The notes: generated by a model not told the origin, from the letters alone. DNA of 64,000 bases from Camelus ferus (GCF_009834535.1 NC_045697.1:103294001-103358000), one strand, 5' to 3'; shown: positions 11,526 through 25,479, numbered from the stretch's first letter. Program-made: numbers and translations.

Positions 11526-14500
11526 AAGTCACCCTCTGGGTACCTTTCCTCTCTGCTCCAGTTCACCTCAGAGATGGAACTCGCCTTAAAAACTTCATCT
11601 TACAAGTGTACCTGCTTCTAAGTATCTCTGAGCCAAAACCCGATCTTCCATAGGTGACTCCCATCCCTGTGTATTTCAGATCGAAGTCCTGCTCGATTCC
11701 TCTACAAGCAGCAACTGTAATGCATATTCCTCTCTAAGACCAGGCAGGGACAAGTGAATACAAATCAAGAATGAATGTAAATCCATGTGGTTCCCTTCTT
11801 TGAGCACAGAAATAAGAAAACCAATAGATGCATTTCAAATGAAGGTCTAATGTAAAGTTTTATTGACCATGTTAGATCAACTCCAATGTTTAATTTTTCA
11901 TTAACGTTTTTGAGTAACTTCAGCTTTCCAGCTACTTATTTTTGTGGAACTCATATCTTTAAATGGCATTCTGATCAGCTACTTCTTGGTGCAACCATAC
12001 ACAAGATTTTATACACGCATGCTCAAAGGGAGAGAAAGGGGCATTTCTTTGTCTTGTTAAGTCTAGTTACTTCTCTTTTTTTTTTCTTTTTCTTTTTAGT
12101 GGATTTACAACATAGCTACTTCTCTTAAAGCACAACAGAGACAGAGCAGATAAAACTCTGTGTCATTTAGAGCACTACGTCACATCTCTGATAACACATT
12201 TGCTCCTTAAGTTTTCCAAGTCACTAAGCGTTGCAAAACCAGAGGTTAAGAGTGACTTGATTCTCTTAGTCTGTCTAAGTTATATAGCCCCTGTATTGGA
12301 CTTCAGGATTTTGGCCTCCTTGAATCAAGACTCCTGGAAGTTATCTTTGGCAACTCTACGCTGAGCAGAAACGTCTGATTATCTTGGCTGCCTTGTGTCA
12401 CATAACAACAGGTAGTCCCAGACACCCAGTGGTTTCCTTAGAGTAGGTTGCTTTCTTTATGGTAATCAATTTCCTTGGCCCAGCTGTCAGGCACTTGACT
12501 CCCCAGTTAACGACTGGAAATCAGACTTGAGCCACCAGGAAGGCAGAAAACTCAGATTTTCCCAAACACACAGTTAATGAAAAATTCTAGCCTGGCCGCT
12601 AACGTCTCTGTGTTTTTCTCATAAAATACAAATGTCAATTTGGAAAACAATATGCCTACAGAGGTTTCTCCACGCAGAAAATTTGCACATGATATTTAAC
12701 CTGGACATGTGCCCAACATCCATCTGAAGGAGTTAACATAAATGAATTTAAAACCGGAAATGAAGCAGTTGAGATTGTTGACTAGCTTCCTCTTATTAAT
12801 TCAAATGAAAAGACTGAAAGGGCCTGACCTACAGATTCTGACATCTAATCTCAGAGAAATAAGTAACAGAGAAGAAAAATCCTTTTATTCCACATCTTAG
12901 CTATTCCTTGGGTCAAAACTGAAAGAAGGGGGGAAAAAGTATGATAATAGACGAGACGTACTTTTCTCACCCAGCTCTTTCCAACCAACCAATTTTCCCC
13001 AGCAGGACAGAAGGCTGTAAATGAAAATTAGCGAGGCTGGAAGCACTAGGGAGTCCCACTCACAGGAGTGCCTGCAGCAAGGCTTTGGGGTACCAGGTGA
13101 GGTGAGCCTGGAGCATCCCTGACCACCTGCACAGATGCTTTGGGAAATGAATTATTACTCTTTTTCCATAAAGGGACAGGAAATATCATGGGAAAAGGGG
13201 CCTGAAGACACTGATAGGTCCTTTATGCAGATGGCTTTCAGGGCATGATCATTAAAAATGCTAAAATTACAATGTGAAGAGAGAGAGCACAGGAAATTTT
13301 TTCCTAACATCTTCCCTCTTCCAAGAGCCCTGATCTCCCTGTGATTAGAAACTCTCCTGTCCACTTTGAACCTAGTAAAGGATGAGTCCTCTTTACCTTG
13401 AGGCTTAGGAATGAAAAGATATTTGTTTTTGAAGTCACACTCCTATTTTTAGGACTAACTTGGAAACGTCTTCGCAGTTTACTGACCACAGTCTGCTAGA
13501 CTGGAGAAGCATGAAGTTTTCAGAGCAAAGCACTTACTGAATGGATTCCATCGCCCTGGACTGCTTCTGACCTAAACCACAAGCGTCTGTAAGGTGGGGA
13601 CAGTGATGCCTACTTCCTTGACCTAAGTCTCTTGCACACAGAATGCTGGGAAATTTTTTCAGGGCCAAACAGTAGTTTTCTTAGTTTTCAAACAAGTTTT
13701 CACTTCCACACCATGAAGCAGGGCAGATGCCCTTTGGAAATCGGACCATGTCATCCATTTGACTACTCCTGAACCCCACAGCACCCGTACTCACACTCAG
13801 CATTAACATTCAGAAGAGCCACTGCTGACCACAAATGTCATTAAATGTGCACGGCTGCCTAGCCGTCTTGCACTTCAGGGATCTCATTACGACCCAGGAA
13901 ATGATTTCAGACTTCATTGTCCCAAATCGCATCATCCAAAAGGACTGAGATAAAATGCTCTCCTCAGAGAACATCTTCCCTGAAACCTCATTGCTCCACA
14001 TTATCCAGCCTCCTCTGCTCACAATACACTCCACACAGCAAACTCTGAAATAGAAACATGACACACTGGAATCTTACCATCAGAAGAAGATAGGAGTCAC
14101 TGTTGGAAGGGAGTGAAAGTCATAATGTGAGAGTCAGTGTTAATAGGAGAAGACTCAGAGCTGCCGCGTGACCTCTCGGAATTGACTATTAAAACACCAG
14201 ACAGATTCCTGAACGTTACCAAGACCTTCTGACTCAGGAGGGAGGGTTCAAATATGAAAATATGTTGGTTTGGAAATCACTTTTGTAAACTTTCAGCTTT
14301 TAGCAATTAGCACAGCCTTGCTAGATCTCCCATTTCCATAGGAGAAATGGCACAATGGATGCGAAGGTCAGAAAAATGGGGCTACAATACGGATATGATA
14401 ATTGTTACTATGCTTCGTTTGTAACAAACCATGTTCCCCTGCAGTTCCAGTGTGTTTTTAAATTAACATCAAAGGAAAGAATTCTTAACCCCACCAACTG

Positions 14501-15523
14501 GCAAATACAGGAATTTCAACCGTTCTGACATAACAACTCTAATTAAATAATTAATTTCAAACTTTCCAATCTACTGGTCAACCAGAAACACAGGCTTTCT
14601 GGTGAAATTACAGAGGGACCAAGTCTCCCTAAAATATTTCTTGCTTTTATCCTCCAAACACAGCAAGTTACAAACTGAAAACAGCTTTTGCTTCATAGTA
14701 GCATTTTGAATATAGTTTCCAAAAATTATCTTTTAGCAGCAGAGAACTACAGATGGGATGTGACATGATAAGTAGTATTATTGATACAGCTTTTCTTTCC
14801 ACCTTTTCAAAGTCAGACCTCTAAATTTAAAATACACCGAAGTTTTACCTGTTCTGAAGGGGATGGGGCAGATAGGAGACTGAGTGGAAAAAATCCAAAA
14901 TGCATGGATTTCAAATTATAACCCATTTTGCCAGCATTTGATAGGCTGAAATTACATTTTGATACTAATAAAAATTATTCATCTATCTTAAGAATTGAGA
15001 TTAATTATTATAATATTTCATTATGAAATTTTCTATTTATAAAATCTCATTGCTACTCTACTGGTAATCACTTCAAGTGCTATCTTGATGGCTTATTAAG
15101 TTCAGAAAAATATCTTTAATGGTTCTTAAAGCATATAGTATAAAAACACCACAAAATGCAAGGTCCTCGGCTATGAAAGAACAGATATTTTGATCAATTA
15201 ACATAAGTGCTTTGAATGTCATTAGAACCCATTTAAAATGATGACCCACATCATCTTAGAACGCAGCAGTGTTTTCCAACAGTTTGCAGTCATCTTCAGG
15301 AATAGGGGGTGTATTTAATAAGACAGGTACATGGCTAACATGCGCAAACAAATTCAGACACACAACACAGGAATGTAAGCCGAGGAACCCAACCATTCCT
15401 GAATTCACCATTATAATGTGATATTGCTGCCGTTCGGCTAATTAATAAACTATGCGGGAAGCAGCCCAGTTGGCTTGCAAGTGAAGGTACCAGAATGTGA
15501 ATATTTTAGGATAGATCGAGTAC

Positions 15524-15757
15524 CTGATAGTTTCATGAGAAGTTCAGATGCTGCTTTGACTGACATATCCCGCCTTAGAACATTGCCCTTTGCTTCCTGG
15601 GGCTTAAGTGCGTCCTCAGAGATGCTTGGGGCCGGCACATCTGACTCCGGGCTGAACACATAGCTGGACCGAGGCAAGGTGGCACCTAGGGCCTCCTCCT
15701 CTTTGGGCTCCTCTTTCACTTTAAAATTAAGATTCATGGGTTCCTTCTGATTTGCAG
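15524..15757 (-). CDS. ZNF827: ZNF827 coding exon (probable exon 5), 234 nt, phase 1-1
   Basis: Lies within ORF 15450..15791(-). Acceptor cccttcttcttttgacag-type tract|CTGCAAATCAG (AG at 15759-15758); donor CTATCAG|gtactc. Encodes AANQKEPMNLNFKVKEEPKEEE...RRDMSVKAASELLMKLS. Confidence 0.93.
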
Positions 15758-16364
15758 CTGTCAAAAGAAGAAAGGGATTATACACATACATGTCAATGGA
15801 AGGCCACTCCCGCTCTTAGCTGCTCCCACCTGAAGGAAGTATGGAACACGCAGTCACATCATGCTAACACAAGAGGGACCACGACCTGCTCAAAACAGGC
15901 TCAGCCCTGGGCACAAAAATACCAGACGCTCCCTGAGCGTAGGATGCGGAAGACTGTGGGCTTCTGAATCTTTTGAACCTACTTTAAAAAGTGCTGCCTC
16001 TACAAAGTGTTCGGACATCTCTTCAGTCTCCCTCAGTGTCTTCTTTCCTGTATATGCGGCTGCCCCTCTGACCTATCGGCACTCTCCCTATCTAATCCTA
16101 TTACAGAATAATGCTTCCAGACTTATTCTACCATAAAATATCAACTATAAGCATGAGTCAGAGGCAGCCACGAAAGCAAAAAACCTAGTGTGAGGTGGTG
16201 AGGTGAGGATGGAGAATTTGCCGAAGAGAAAAGCTCAGAGAAGCAATGTCCCGCTTTGCCCTCTAAGCTGATGCCACCGTCCCACAAACAGTGGGGCGTG
16301 CACTTGGCATTGTTTCTTCTGCTCCATGTCTGTAGCCCGAGTCATCTCTGAGTCCACAATGGGC

Positions 16365-16600
16365 ATTTTTAAAAGAAATATTTCTTCTTTGGAATAATTT
16401 TAGATTTGCAGAGCAGTTGCAAAGCTGATTCAGAGAGTTCCCATACAGCCCTTCACCCAGTGTTCCCAACGTCAGCATCTTACGTAACCACAGTGCGTAA
16501 CCACGGTGCATTCGTCCGAAGGAAGAAATTCACTTCACTGTGATCTAAGGCCCAGGTTTTATTCAGATTTCAACAGTTTTTCCATCAGTGTCCTTTTTCC
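16365..16600 (-). mobile_element. Old L1 3' UTR fragment
   Basis: ttggaataattttagatttgcagagcagttgcaaa...agagagttcccatacagcccttcacccagtgttcccaacgtcagcatcttacgtaacc is a typical reverse-strand L1M 3' end. Confidence 0.7.
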
Positions 16601-17436
16601 ATTTTTAGCATGGTTGGCTGCTGTGGAGCGTGTGGTCAGGGCAGAGCTAACTGGCCTACTACTGGATGGATCCCGTGGTTTGGCTACACTGTATCAGGCC
16701 TTCACCCACTGAGCTACATACTGCTTCTCGGTCTTTCCCCAGAAAATAAGATAAGAAGATAAGCAACCTCTTCTACCCTCTGTCACGTTCACAGGCATCT
16801 TGCGCCCCTTGAAGGGCCGTGGAGTAGGAACTTAGGTTGCTTATATTAGGTGTGTTTGCATTTTGAGAAAGACGTTCCCATCCTAGTACAGGGTTCTTAG
16901 AAATGCTTACTAGAATGAGCCTTAAGCCCACTCCTCCTTAACAACAACAACAAAAAGAATGAAAGTAAATTTCCAAAGTAAACACCCATCACCCCTTATC
17001 CACTGCTTGCTCCCGGCCAACATACAGGCACAAAGCTCTTTCTTTCTACCTCATGGCCCTCTGAGAATAGACGCTACGGAGTCACAAGTTCGCAAAGACC
17101 AGCACAGCTGGAAATGGGAACCTGGAGGGCTAAAGTGACCCTTGGAAGTTTTACTACCAGAAGGATGAAGAGTTAGGACTAGAACCAAGTCCATGGGCTG
17201 CCCGTTTTATGTCCCTTACCTGCCTCCACACCACTCCTCTGTCTCTGGTCCCTGTGTTACAACCGCACTTCAATCTAACTTGACCTTCAAGTCTTTGCTA
17301 AAATACCACCTTCCCAATGAAGAGCCTGACCATCCTGATGAAAACGGCAACTCCCACCCCACAGTATACCCAATCTCTCTTACCTGACTCTAGTTTTCCT
17401 TTTCTTCCCCAAAATATTTATCACTGGATAACATCC

Positions 17437-17806
17437 TGCTACGGATTGAACTGTGTCTGCCCCACCTCCCAAATACATGTTGAAGCCTTAATCCTTACTG
17501 TGATTGTACTGGGAGACAGGGAGGTACTTAAGTTAAATATAGCCATTAGGGTGCGGCCCCAATCCAGTATGACTGGTGTCCTGATAACCACAGAGACACG
17601 AGGGATGTGCTCGCACAGAGGGAAGACCCCGTGAGGACACAGCAAGAGGCGGCCACCTTCGAGTCAAGGAGAATCCAAATCTCAGGAGAAACCAAATCTG
17701 ACAGCACGTTGATCTTGGACCTCCAGCCTCCAGAACTGTGAGAAATCAATTTCTGTTGTTTAAGCCAAGTCTGTGGTGTTTTGTTACAGCAGTCCAGACT
17801 AATCCA
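17437..17806 (+). mobile_element. MaLR solo LTR (MLT1A/B-like), inserted in an L2 relic
   Basis: TG...CA ends. tgctacggattgaactgtgtc...; gatcttggacctccagcctccagaactgtgagaaatcaatttctgttgtttaagcca...tttgttacagcag. The L2-like cctggcacatagtaggtgctcaa follows at about 17935-17955. Confidence 0.85.
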
Positions 17807-18879
17807 TACTATCTAACTTTCTTATTTATTATATTAACCATTTATGGTCTGTTCCTTCAACTCCAGGGGAGGCTTCATGAAGGCAATGATCTTTATTCTA
17901 ACACTGATGTAACTCAAGTTCCTAGAACAGGGCCTGGCACATAGTAGGTGCTCAACATACACTGGCTGAATGAACAAAACACGTTGGCCGAAAATCAGTG
18001 ACATCTGTTGGCACTCTGTTACTACCTGCGGTGGACAGAAACTACGAATCCCAAAATATTCCACCAAAGGCGATCGGAAGTGCTTTCCCCAGATCTGATC
18101 ATTCCGCTGGGGATACGACCTTCCAGATAAAGTTAAAAGCTTTGCTACCATACCTCAGTGCTGACTAAGGTGTTTCTGAATGGTCACTTAGGCTCTGGCA
18201 TCACCAAAGAGGGAACCCAGAAAAATCTCAGGGAAAGTGCTGAAAATCTAACCCTTTGGACACAGCGCCATTGGAATTTGAGCCAGAGGGAACAAAGACA
18301 GTTTCTAGAAGAATCATTAAGCATGTATTTCCAACCTCTACAGAAGGTGGCTCCTACAAGAGCTCTGTTTACTTAGCACATTTCTCCTCTTTCAACCACT
18401 TCCTGAGTTCTTTTTTCTTTTTCTTTTTTCTGCCACTGCCTAAAGCTTCTCTTGCCCTAAGCCTTTCTTCCAGAATCCTTTATAAAACCCTTTCCAGAAG
18501 CATCCTAAGTTAGTCACAACACAGTAATTAAATGACGTGCTCTCTATTAAGTCTGTAACTTTGAGTCTTCGGGAAGGAACAATATAAAGCGAATGGTTAT
18601 GTATTTTTCAAAATGCTTCAAAGCTGTATCTTTTATTTTTGGAGCTTTAAAAAATTCAAAGGTGAGGCTGAGAAAGAGATAAGGAACTATTGAGGCCCCA
18701 AAAGCAAATCCCAACCGTTAGAGAGGGCAACCATTAAGCCAGTGCTCTCCAGAGACATAAGTAGCTTCGGGGCATCAGTCAGAATACATGCTACCTAAGT
18801 CTTAAGGGGAAAAAAAAAGATATTTAGGATTGTTAGTACGACCCAGATTTAACAGAACTTCAATAAGTCACTTAAACAC

Positions 18880-19225
18880 TGTATAATATTACTTTTATGT
18901 GGAATCTAAAAAAAATAAAACAAACTAGGGAATATAACAAAAAAAAAGAAACAGATGCACAGATACAGAAAACAAACTGGTGGTTACCAGCAGGGAGACA
19001 GAAGAGGGGAGGGGCAGGGTGGGGTAGGGGATTAAGAGGTACAAATGACTATGCATACAATAAATAAGCTACAAGGATGGTACATTGCACAGCACAGGGA
19101 ATAAAACCAATATTTTATAATAACTATAAATACAATACGACCTTTAAAAATTGTGAATCACTATGTTGTACACCTGAAACTTAAATAATATTGTAAATCA
19201 ACTCTACCATAACAACAACAACGAA
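18880..19225 (+). mobile_element. L1 3' end (ORF2 stop and 3' UTR)
   Basis: tatgtggaatctaaaaaaa...ggttaccag...G-rich tract...ctatgttgtacacctgaaact...attgtaaatcaact. Confidence 0.85.
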
Positions 19226-21195
19226 AAACAATAGGCAAGCTGCGTGTTGCTGTTTTATAATTTTATAAATTCGCAAGGTACTGCACACCTGGTTTTCATA
19301 CTGACAATGCCAAGAATGGCATAAAACTAGTCATGTGCTGGGGGACATGTACATATAGCTAATGACATATCCAAAAAATGTGTGGGAAACACTCATTGGT
19401 CCAAATTTTAGTTTCCCAAACCCTGGAGTCTAAATAGATGATGTCAAAATAGAAATATGAACACTACCCTGCTTTCTTTCAATTACCAGAAATATTTACA
19501 CTGAGAATAGTACATAAAGCCCTATATTTTTTAATTAATATGACTGAATAATTACCATCATTTTTTACTATCTTACTTTAAAAAAACCATTATCTTTCTA
19601 CAGAGAAAGGTGGAACTAAAGATGTTTTCTTTTCCCTTTGGGGAAATTGCTAAAAGAAAAGCAATAATTTATGACTCATTGCTTAGTTTTTTACTTCACT
19701 CTTACTCCTAACAGAAAGATCTGTGCTCGCATGGTACTCAAGTCATAAAGGACTTTCACAGCACCTGCCTTGACTTCTGTTTATGTCTTCAAGCTTCCAG
19801 TAATGCAGTGAGGAAACCCCACTCACCAAGAGGTCCTTTCTCTCACTGTTCAAACATTGTGTGACCTGAGCCACTCTGATTAAAAATTACGTATGTCTGC
19901 AAGTTCATGCACTCAGTGGAGCCGGGCTGCCTTTGAAAGGAAACAAATCAGCTTTTTGAGGATTTAGAAAGGATTCAAGGTAAAGGCTAACATGAGAAAG
20001 GAATGGAAAGCCACTGGGGTAAAATGATCCCAAGTTTCTGATTCCGACAGGCCAGCATTAATACACTGTGAAAGGAACCCCTCTTTCTGGCAAGGGGTCA
20101 TCAGTCCACATGCAGATCCTACCTAAGCCCCCCTCCCATCCTCCTCCCCGAGGACCATAGTGCGTCACATCCTTAAAGATCATTGTATGCCTTAGTCATG
20201 CATACAACTGGCATTCGAATAGTCACACAGGAATTGAGCCTTCCCTCAGCTACAGGAGATGGCCACTGTTATCTTCACTTCATAGGTGAGGGAGCGAAGG
20301 TCCCCAGAGGCTGAGACTAACCCCTCCGAAACACAGAGACACTAGACTGCAGGGCTTCTGGCTGACGATGCACCCACGCTCTCTCCTTTCCCTCCTAGAC
20401 AGTCCAAGCGCCTCTAAGAAGGATGCTAACCCAGGCAATTGCACTGCGGGCTCTGGACAGAAGTGATAAGGGCATGAAGGAAGCAATGTTAATGAGAAAG
20501 GGAAAGGTGGGCTGTAACCTGAAGGAAAGGGGCGTTTTCTGGTAGGGAAGAATTTTGTGAAGGGTGGAAGAGGAAGAACAGACAGCAACATGACTGCTTC
20601 TGCTCTGCTTTGTCCGTTCCCTCTGGTGAAGGAAAAGGACACTTTCCATGAGTTTAAAATAGACAAGGCTCTCTTTCATGCTACAGTCTAGCAATTTTCT
20701 GAATGCTGAACTGCTACATGAAAAACCCGGGCCACTGAGAATTGTATTTATTTACTCCCTGCCCCTAAAGCAGAGCCAGAGATTCTTTGACATGGAAGGG
20801 GCTGCAGCTCAGTGGTTTTCAAACAGTGTTCCAGGGAACCCTGGGATAAGCTTCAGGGGGTTCCAACAAATGTCAGTTTCAAATAAAAGCTTTTAAGATT
20901 AGTGAAGCTAATTTAAAATTTAATTTTAAAACGTGTACTCTCAGTTCCATTATTTATAAAATGTCAACTCCCTGGAGACCACTGATATGTTAACTTGGGT
21001 TAGCAAATTAATTCAGTTTCTCGTAACACTTGTAATGCCATTCCTCCTGCTCTCGTAGGAATGGTAGCACTCTAGTAAAATGTCACTAATAAGGAAGCAG
21101 CTGCCTATGCACTGATCTTTCCAAAAATTCAGGCTCGGGCATGTAAAACTGTATTATTATGGTAGAGCACTAGGGTCCGTAAGCAGGCTTTAAAT

Positions 21196-21395
21196 CAGGC
21201 TTTCTCGACCTCAGCACCACTGACACTCTGGGCTGGATAATGTGCTCTGAGGAACTGTCCTGCAAACAGCTGGGTGTTTAGCAGATTCCCTGGCCTTGAC
21301 CCATGAGAGCCAATAGCTCTTCCCAGTTGTGGGAACAAAAATTTCTCTAGACATTGCCAACTGTCTCCTGAGCACACCTCTGGTGAGACCCACTG
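21196..21395. mobile_element. MER20-like hAT-Charlie MITE
   Basis: caggctttctcgacctcagcaccactgacactctgggctggataat...tctctagacattgccaactgtc...gagacccactg, flanked by similar 8-mers ctttaaat / tcttaaat. Confidence 0.8.
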
Positions 21396-22131
21396 TCTTA
21401 AATTAAATGCCAGGGCAGTTCAAATGCATCTGCTTTGGTGAAGCTTCTGATCATGACTAGAGGAGATAGACAGAAATATGCAGCTATAATATAGATATCG
21501 TTGGCTCTGTCATTTATAGAGCACTTAATGTGGGCTGGGTAGTATGCTGTTTCCTTGGATTAGTTGATCTGATCCGCTCAACAACCCTTCGAAGTAGTAC
21601 TATCACTATCCCCATTTGGTAGATGAACAATCGGAAACTAGAGATTAAACAAATTTCCAAATAACGATTAACTGAGTAATAACCAAGTTGTTAACAAAGA
21701 ATTATAGATGGCTTTAGTACATATTGAAAGTCCAGGACGCTTCCTGTCTGCCCTTTATTATACTAGAGAATAAGGGCACTTGCTAAACGTTGTCAACTTT
21801 GAAGCTTTTTATTAGCGTCCTCTTCGCTCAAGCAGCTGAATAAATTCAATTAAAGAGCTCCTGAGATTACAAGATGAAGTGTTAAAAATATTATCTCATT
21901 TGCCACAGCGTCCCTGTGTAAATGGCATTTCTTGACACTGCAATCAGCAAAACAAATTTAGAAATATACTAGATGTCTAAACTGCTGTAAGACCTCATCC
22001 TATCATCACAGTAATTCTGTGTTTTGGGCTTATCACTTAGCAACTTTTTTTCTAATTGCTGGACTTTTAAAATAAATAAATATAATAAATGTGAATCTAA
22101 AAGATAAAGTTATATAAAAAGTACATAAAAT

Positions 22132-23717
22132 AAAAATGTGACAATGAGTGTGTATATGTCCATGAGTGACTGAAAAATTGTGCTGAACACTGGAATTTGA
22201 CACAACATTGTAAAATGATTATAAATCAATAAAAAATGTTAAAAAAAATAAAAATAAACAAAAACAAACAAACAAACAAAAACAAAGTGTAAATACAGGA
22301 CAGAAATAGACTCACAGCACAGCAAAGGAAACCAGAAATAAAACAAGAAGAAAACCTACGGAATGGGAGAAAATTTTTGCAAGTGAAACCAACAAAGGCT
22401 TGATCTCCAGAATATATAAGCAGCTCATACGACTCAATAAGAAAAAAATAAACAACCCAATCCAAAAATGGGCAGAAGACCTAAACAAGCAATTCTCCAA
22501 GGAAGACATACAAATGATCAAAAAGCACATGAAAAAATGCTCAATATCACTAATTATCAGAGAAATGCAAATCAAAACTACAATGAGGTATCACCTCACA
22601 CCAGTCAGAATGGCCGTCATTCAAAAATCCACAAATGACAAATGCTGGAGAGGCTGTGGAGAAAGGGGAACCCTCCTACACTGCTGGTGGGAATGCAGTT
22701 TGGTGCAGCCACTATGGAAAACAGTGTGGAGATTCCTCAAAAGACTAGGAATCGACTTACCATATGACCCAGGAATCCCACTCCTGGGCTTGTATCCAGA
22801 AGGAAATCTACTTCAGGATGACACCTGCACCCCAATGTTCATAGCAGCACTATTTACAATAGACAAAACATGGAAACAGCCTAAATGTCCATCAACAGGT
22901 GACTGGATAAAGAAGAGGTGGTATATTTATACAATGGAATACTACTCAGCCATAAAAACCGACAACATAATGCCATTTGCAGCAACATGGATGCTCCTGG
23001 AGAATGTCATTCTAAGTGAAGTAAGCCAGAAAGAGAAAGAAAAATACCATATGAGATCGCTCATATGTGGAATCTAAAAAACAAAAACAAACAAACAAAC
23101 AAAAACAAAGCATAAATAAAGGACAGAAATAGACTCACAGACAGAGAATACAGACTTGTGGTTACCAGGGGGTGGAGGGTGGGAAGGGATAGACTGGGAT
23201 TTCAAAATTGTAGAATAGACTACACTGTATAGCAAAGGGAAATATACACAAAATGTTATGATAACTCACAGAGAAAAAAATGTGACAATGAGTGTGTATA
23301 TGTCCATGAATAACTGAAAAATTGTGCTGAACACTGGAATTTGACACAACATTGTAAAATGATTATAAATCAATAAAAAATGTTAAAAAAAAAAAAAAAA
23401 AGAAATAGACTCACAGACAGAGAATACAGACTTGTGGTTACCAGGGGGGTGGAGGGTGGGAAGGGATAGACTGGGATTTCAAAATGTAGAATAGATAAAC
23501 AAGATTACACTGTATAGCACAGGGAAATACACACAAAATGTTATGATAACTCACAGAGAAAAAAATATGACAATGAGTGTGTATATGTCCATGAATGACT
23601 GAAAAATTGTGCTGAACACTGGAATTTGACACAACATTGTAAAATGATTATAAATCAATAAAAAATGTTAAAAAAATAAAATAAAATAAAATAAAATTAG
23701 TTTGGTTAAAGATTAAA
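22132..23717 (+). mobile_element. Compound young L1 insertion: three L1 3' ends, one carrying an uninterrupted ORF2 C-terminal fragment
   Basis: ORF 22400..23077 is the L1 ORF2 C-terminus ([30 protein letters not shown]...[18 protein letters not shown]...[10 protein letters not shown]). The terminal block ...cacaacattgtaaaatgattataaatcaataaaaaatgtt occurs three times (ending about 22240, 23384, 23669). Outer TSD aaaaagtacataaaat at 22116-22131 and 23718-23733. Confidence 0.92.
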
Positions 23718-24895
23718 AAAAAGTACATAAAATTCTAAAATATAAAAATATTAAATAAAATATAAAAAATATTTTTAAAATATATAAAATATTCCTTGTG
23801 TTATCTATGAGTCTGCACTTAAGATCTGACTTGAAAAAAATGGGTTTGATGTTTAAAAACAAACAAATTGAAAACTACAAGTGTTTTCCACTCCTTTATT
23901 TTACCATAAGAAAACAGCACCTCAGAGACTGATATGACCCCAAAATCACACAGCTTATTAATGATGGAACCAGTATCAGAGCTCAACTCTCACTAATTGC
24001 AAATCAGTGCAGTTATTAACTACCCTAGCCCCGCCGTGAGTGTATGTAAGTATACGTGATCTGTCTGGGGACCTGGGATTTTTTTTTGGCAACGTGATGC
24101 ACTTTGGGTGAGAAGAAAATAAACTGCCTTCTGAAATCATATGGAAAGCCAAGATTTAATGAATTAACAGTAGAGCACTTTATATTCAAATAGAAGGTTT
24201 AAGACAATAGCCAAATACTTTCAAATCTTGGTTTCTCATAAAGTACACTTCTTAATTGGCCTCAAGTAGTTTTATAATGAGTGTTAGTGAAGTTTTAACC
24301 AGCAGATATTACTCATTATAGTTCACTGGATTTCTCATCCCCACCTGGGCTAATCCTTGGTCATGCTGCGGGATCTTCGTCCTCAGACCAGGACAGCACA
24401 GGTCCCCTGCGACAGCTATTACGAATATAGACATAGTGACAAAGGGAAAACAAAACAGCTCCGGAGCAGGGTCAAGGGTAATAATAACAATAAGCAGAGC
24501 TACAAAACTTTAAAATAAATAAGGCTTTTCTCTGTAAACGAAACTACTAAAAGCCACAAGGGCGCCTATCTGCAGTAATCCACTTAACAGGCAGGATATC
24601 TCCCTTGTCAAAAGCAGGAAGGGCCAGTCCTGGAAAACCCATCAAGCCCCTGAGTAAATGCGGAAGAAAACTGCATTTTAAATTCACGCTATTAACACAT
24701 CCAAGGGATGAACTGTACAAACAGCCGGGAAGTGATTTGCATGTACGAACAGCGGAGCAGCGAGGTGACTTGAGACTAGAAAAGAGAAAACCTAACGACT
24801 GGATAGTACATCTCCAACACTTTTCAGGGACGTCGGTGACCATCTGCCCCAAATGACATCTCCTCTTGATTGTTACACTTGTCATTTTAAATTAC

Positions 24896-25479
24896 TGTGC
24901 AGACATTCTGGTTCCCACATCGGTATTTTAATGATTTTTGTCTTTGTGGGATACCCAGAGAATCTGAAGAACTCTGGGCGGTGGGAGCAAAACGGCCACT
25001 GTGATTCCTCTCCCTGAAAACCCATCCCCTTGGCCAAGTGACTCTGCAGCTCCTCCCCAAGAGGTGGAGTAAATTCTCCCACACTCTGAAGCTGGGCTGG
25101 ACTTGTGGATGGCTTTGGTCAACAGAAGGTGGTGGAAGTGATATGGGGCTGGTTCTGAGCCCAGCCTCCAGAAGGTTTTGAGCACTTCGGCTCTCTCCTT
25201 TGGAACCCGGTCCAGGAGCCATGTGGGCGAGCCTAGGATAGCCCACTGAAGAGTGGGAGACCCTGGGGAACAGAGAGAAGTCATTCCTGTTGGGGCCATC
25301 CTAGATCAGCCAACCCCTGGCCGACCCTGCAAGGGGCTGCAGCTGGAGGAGTCAGAAGAGACCAGAAGGAAAACCCTGGTCTGCCATGCCCAAACCACCA
25401 ATCCCCAAACTCGTAAGCTAAGAAAATGGCTACTATTTTGAGCAGCTCAATTATGGAACAGTTTTTTACTTAACTAACA
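24896..25479 (+). mobile_element. Old MaLR LTR (MLT1F/G/H-like)
   Basis: The 3' end aaaatggctactattttgagcagctcaattatggaacagttttttacttaactaaca resembles the MLT1 terminus. Confidence 0.55.

Noticed and set aside
19006..19030. G-quadruplex-like runs (also 23168-23188 and 23444-23465)
   Set aside because: This is the standard G-rich tract of L1 3' UTRs and is not locus-specific.
22400..23077. 225-aa ORF as a host gene
   Set aside because: It is the C-terminal fragment of L1 ORF2 in a 5'-truncated element lacking the endonuclease and reverse transcriptase domains and a promoter.
22132..23700. Repeated long blocks as a CRISPR-like or satellite array
   Set aside because: They are explained by three L1 3' ends. 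The DNA is eukaryotic and has no repeat-spacer periodicity.
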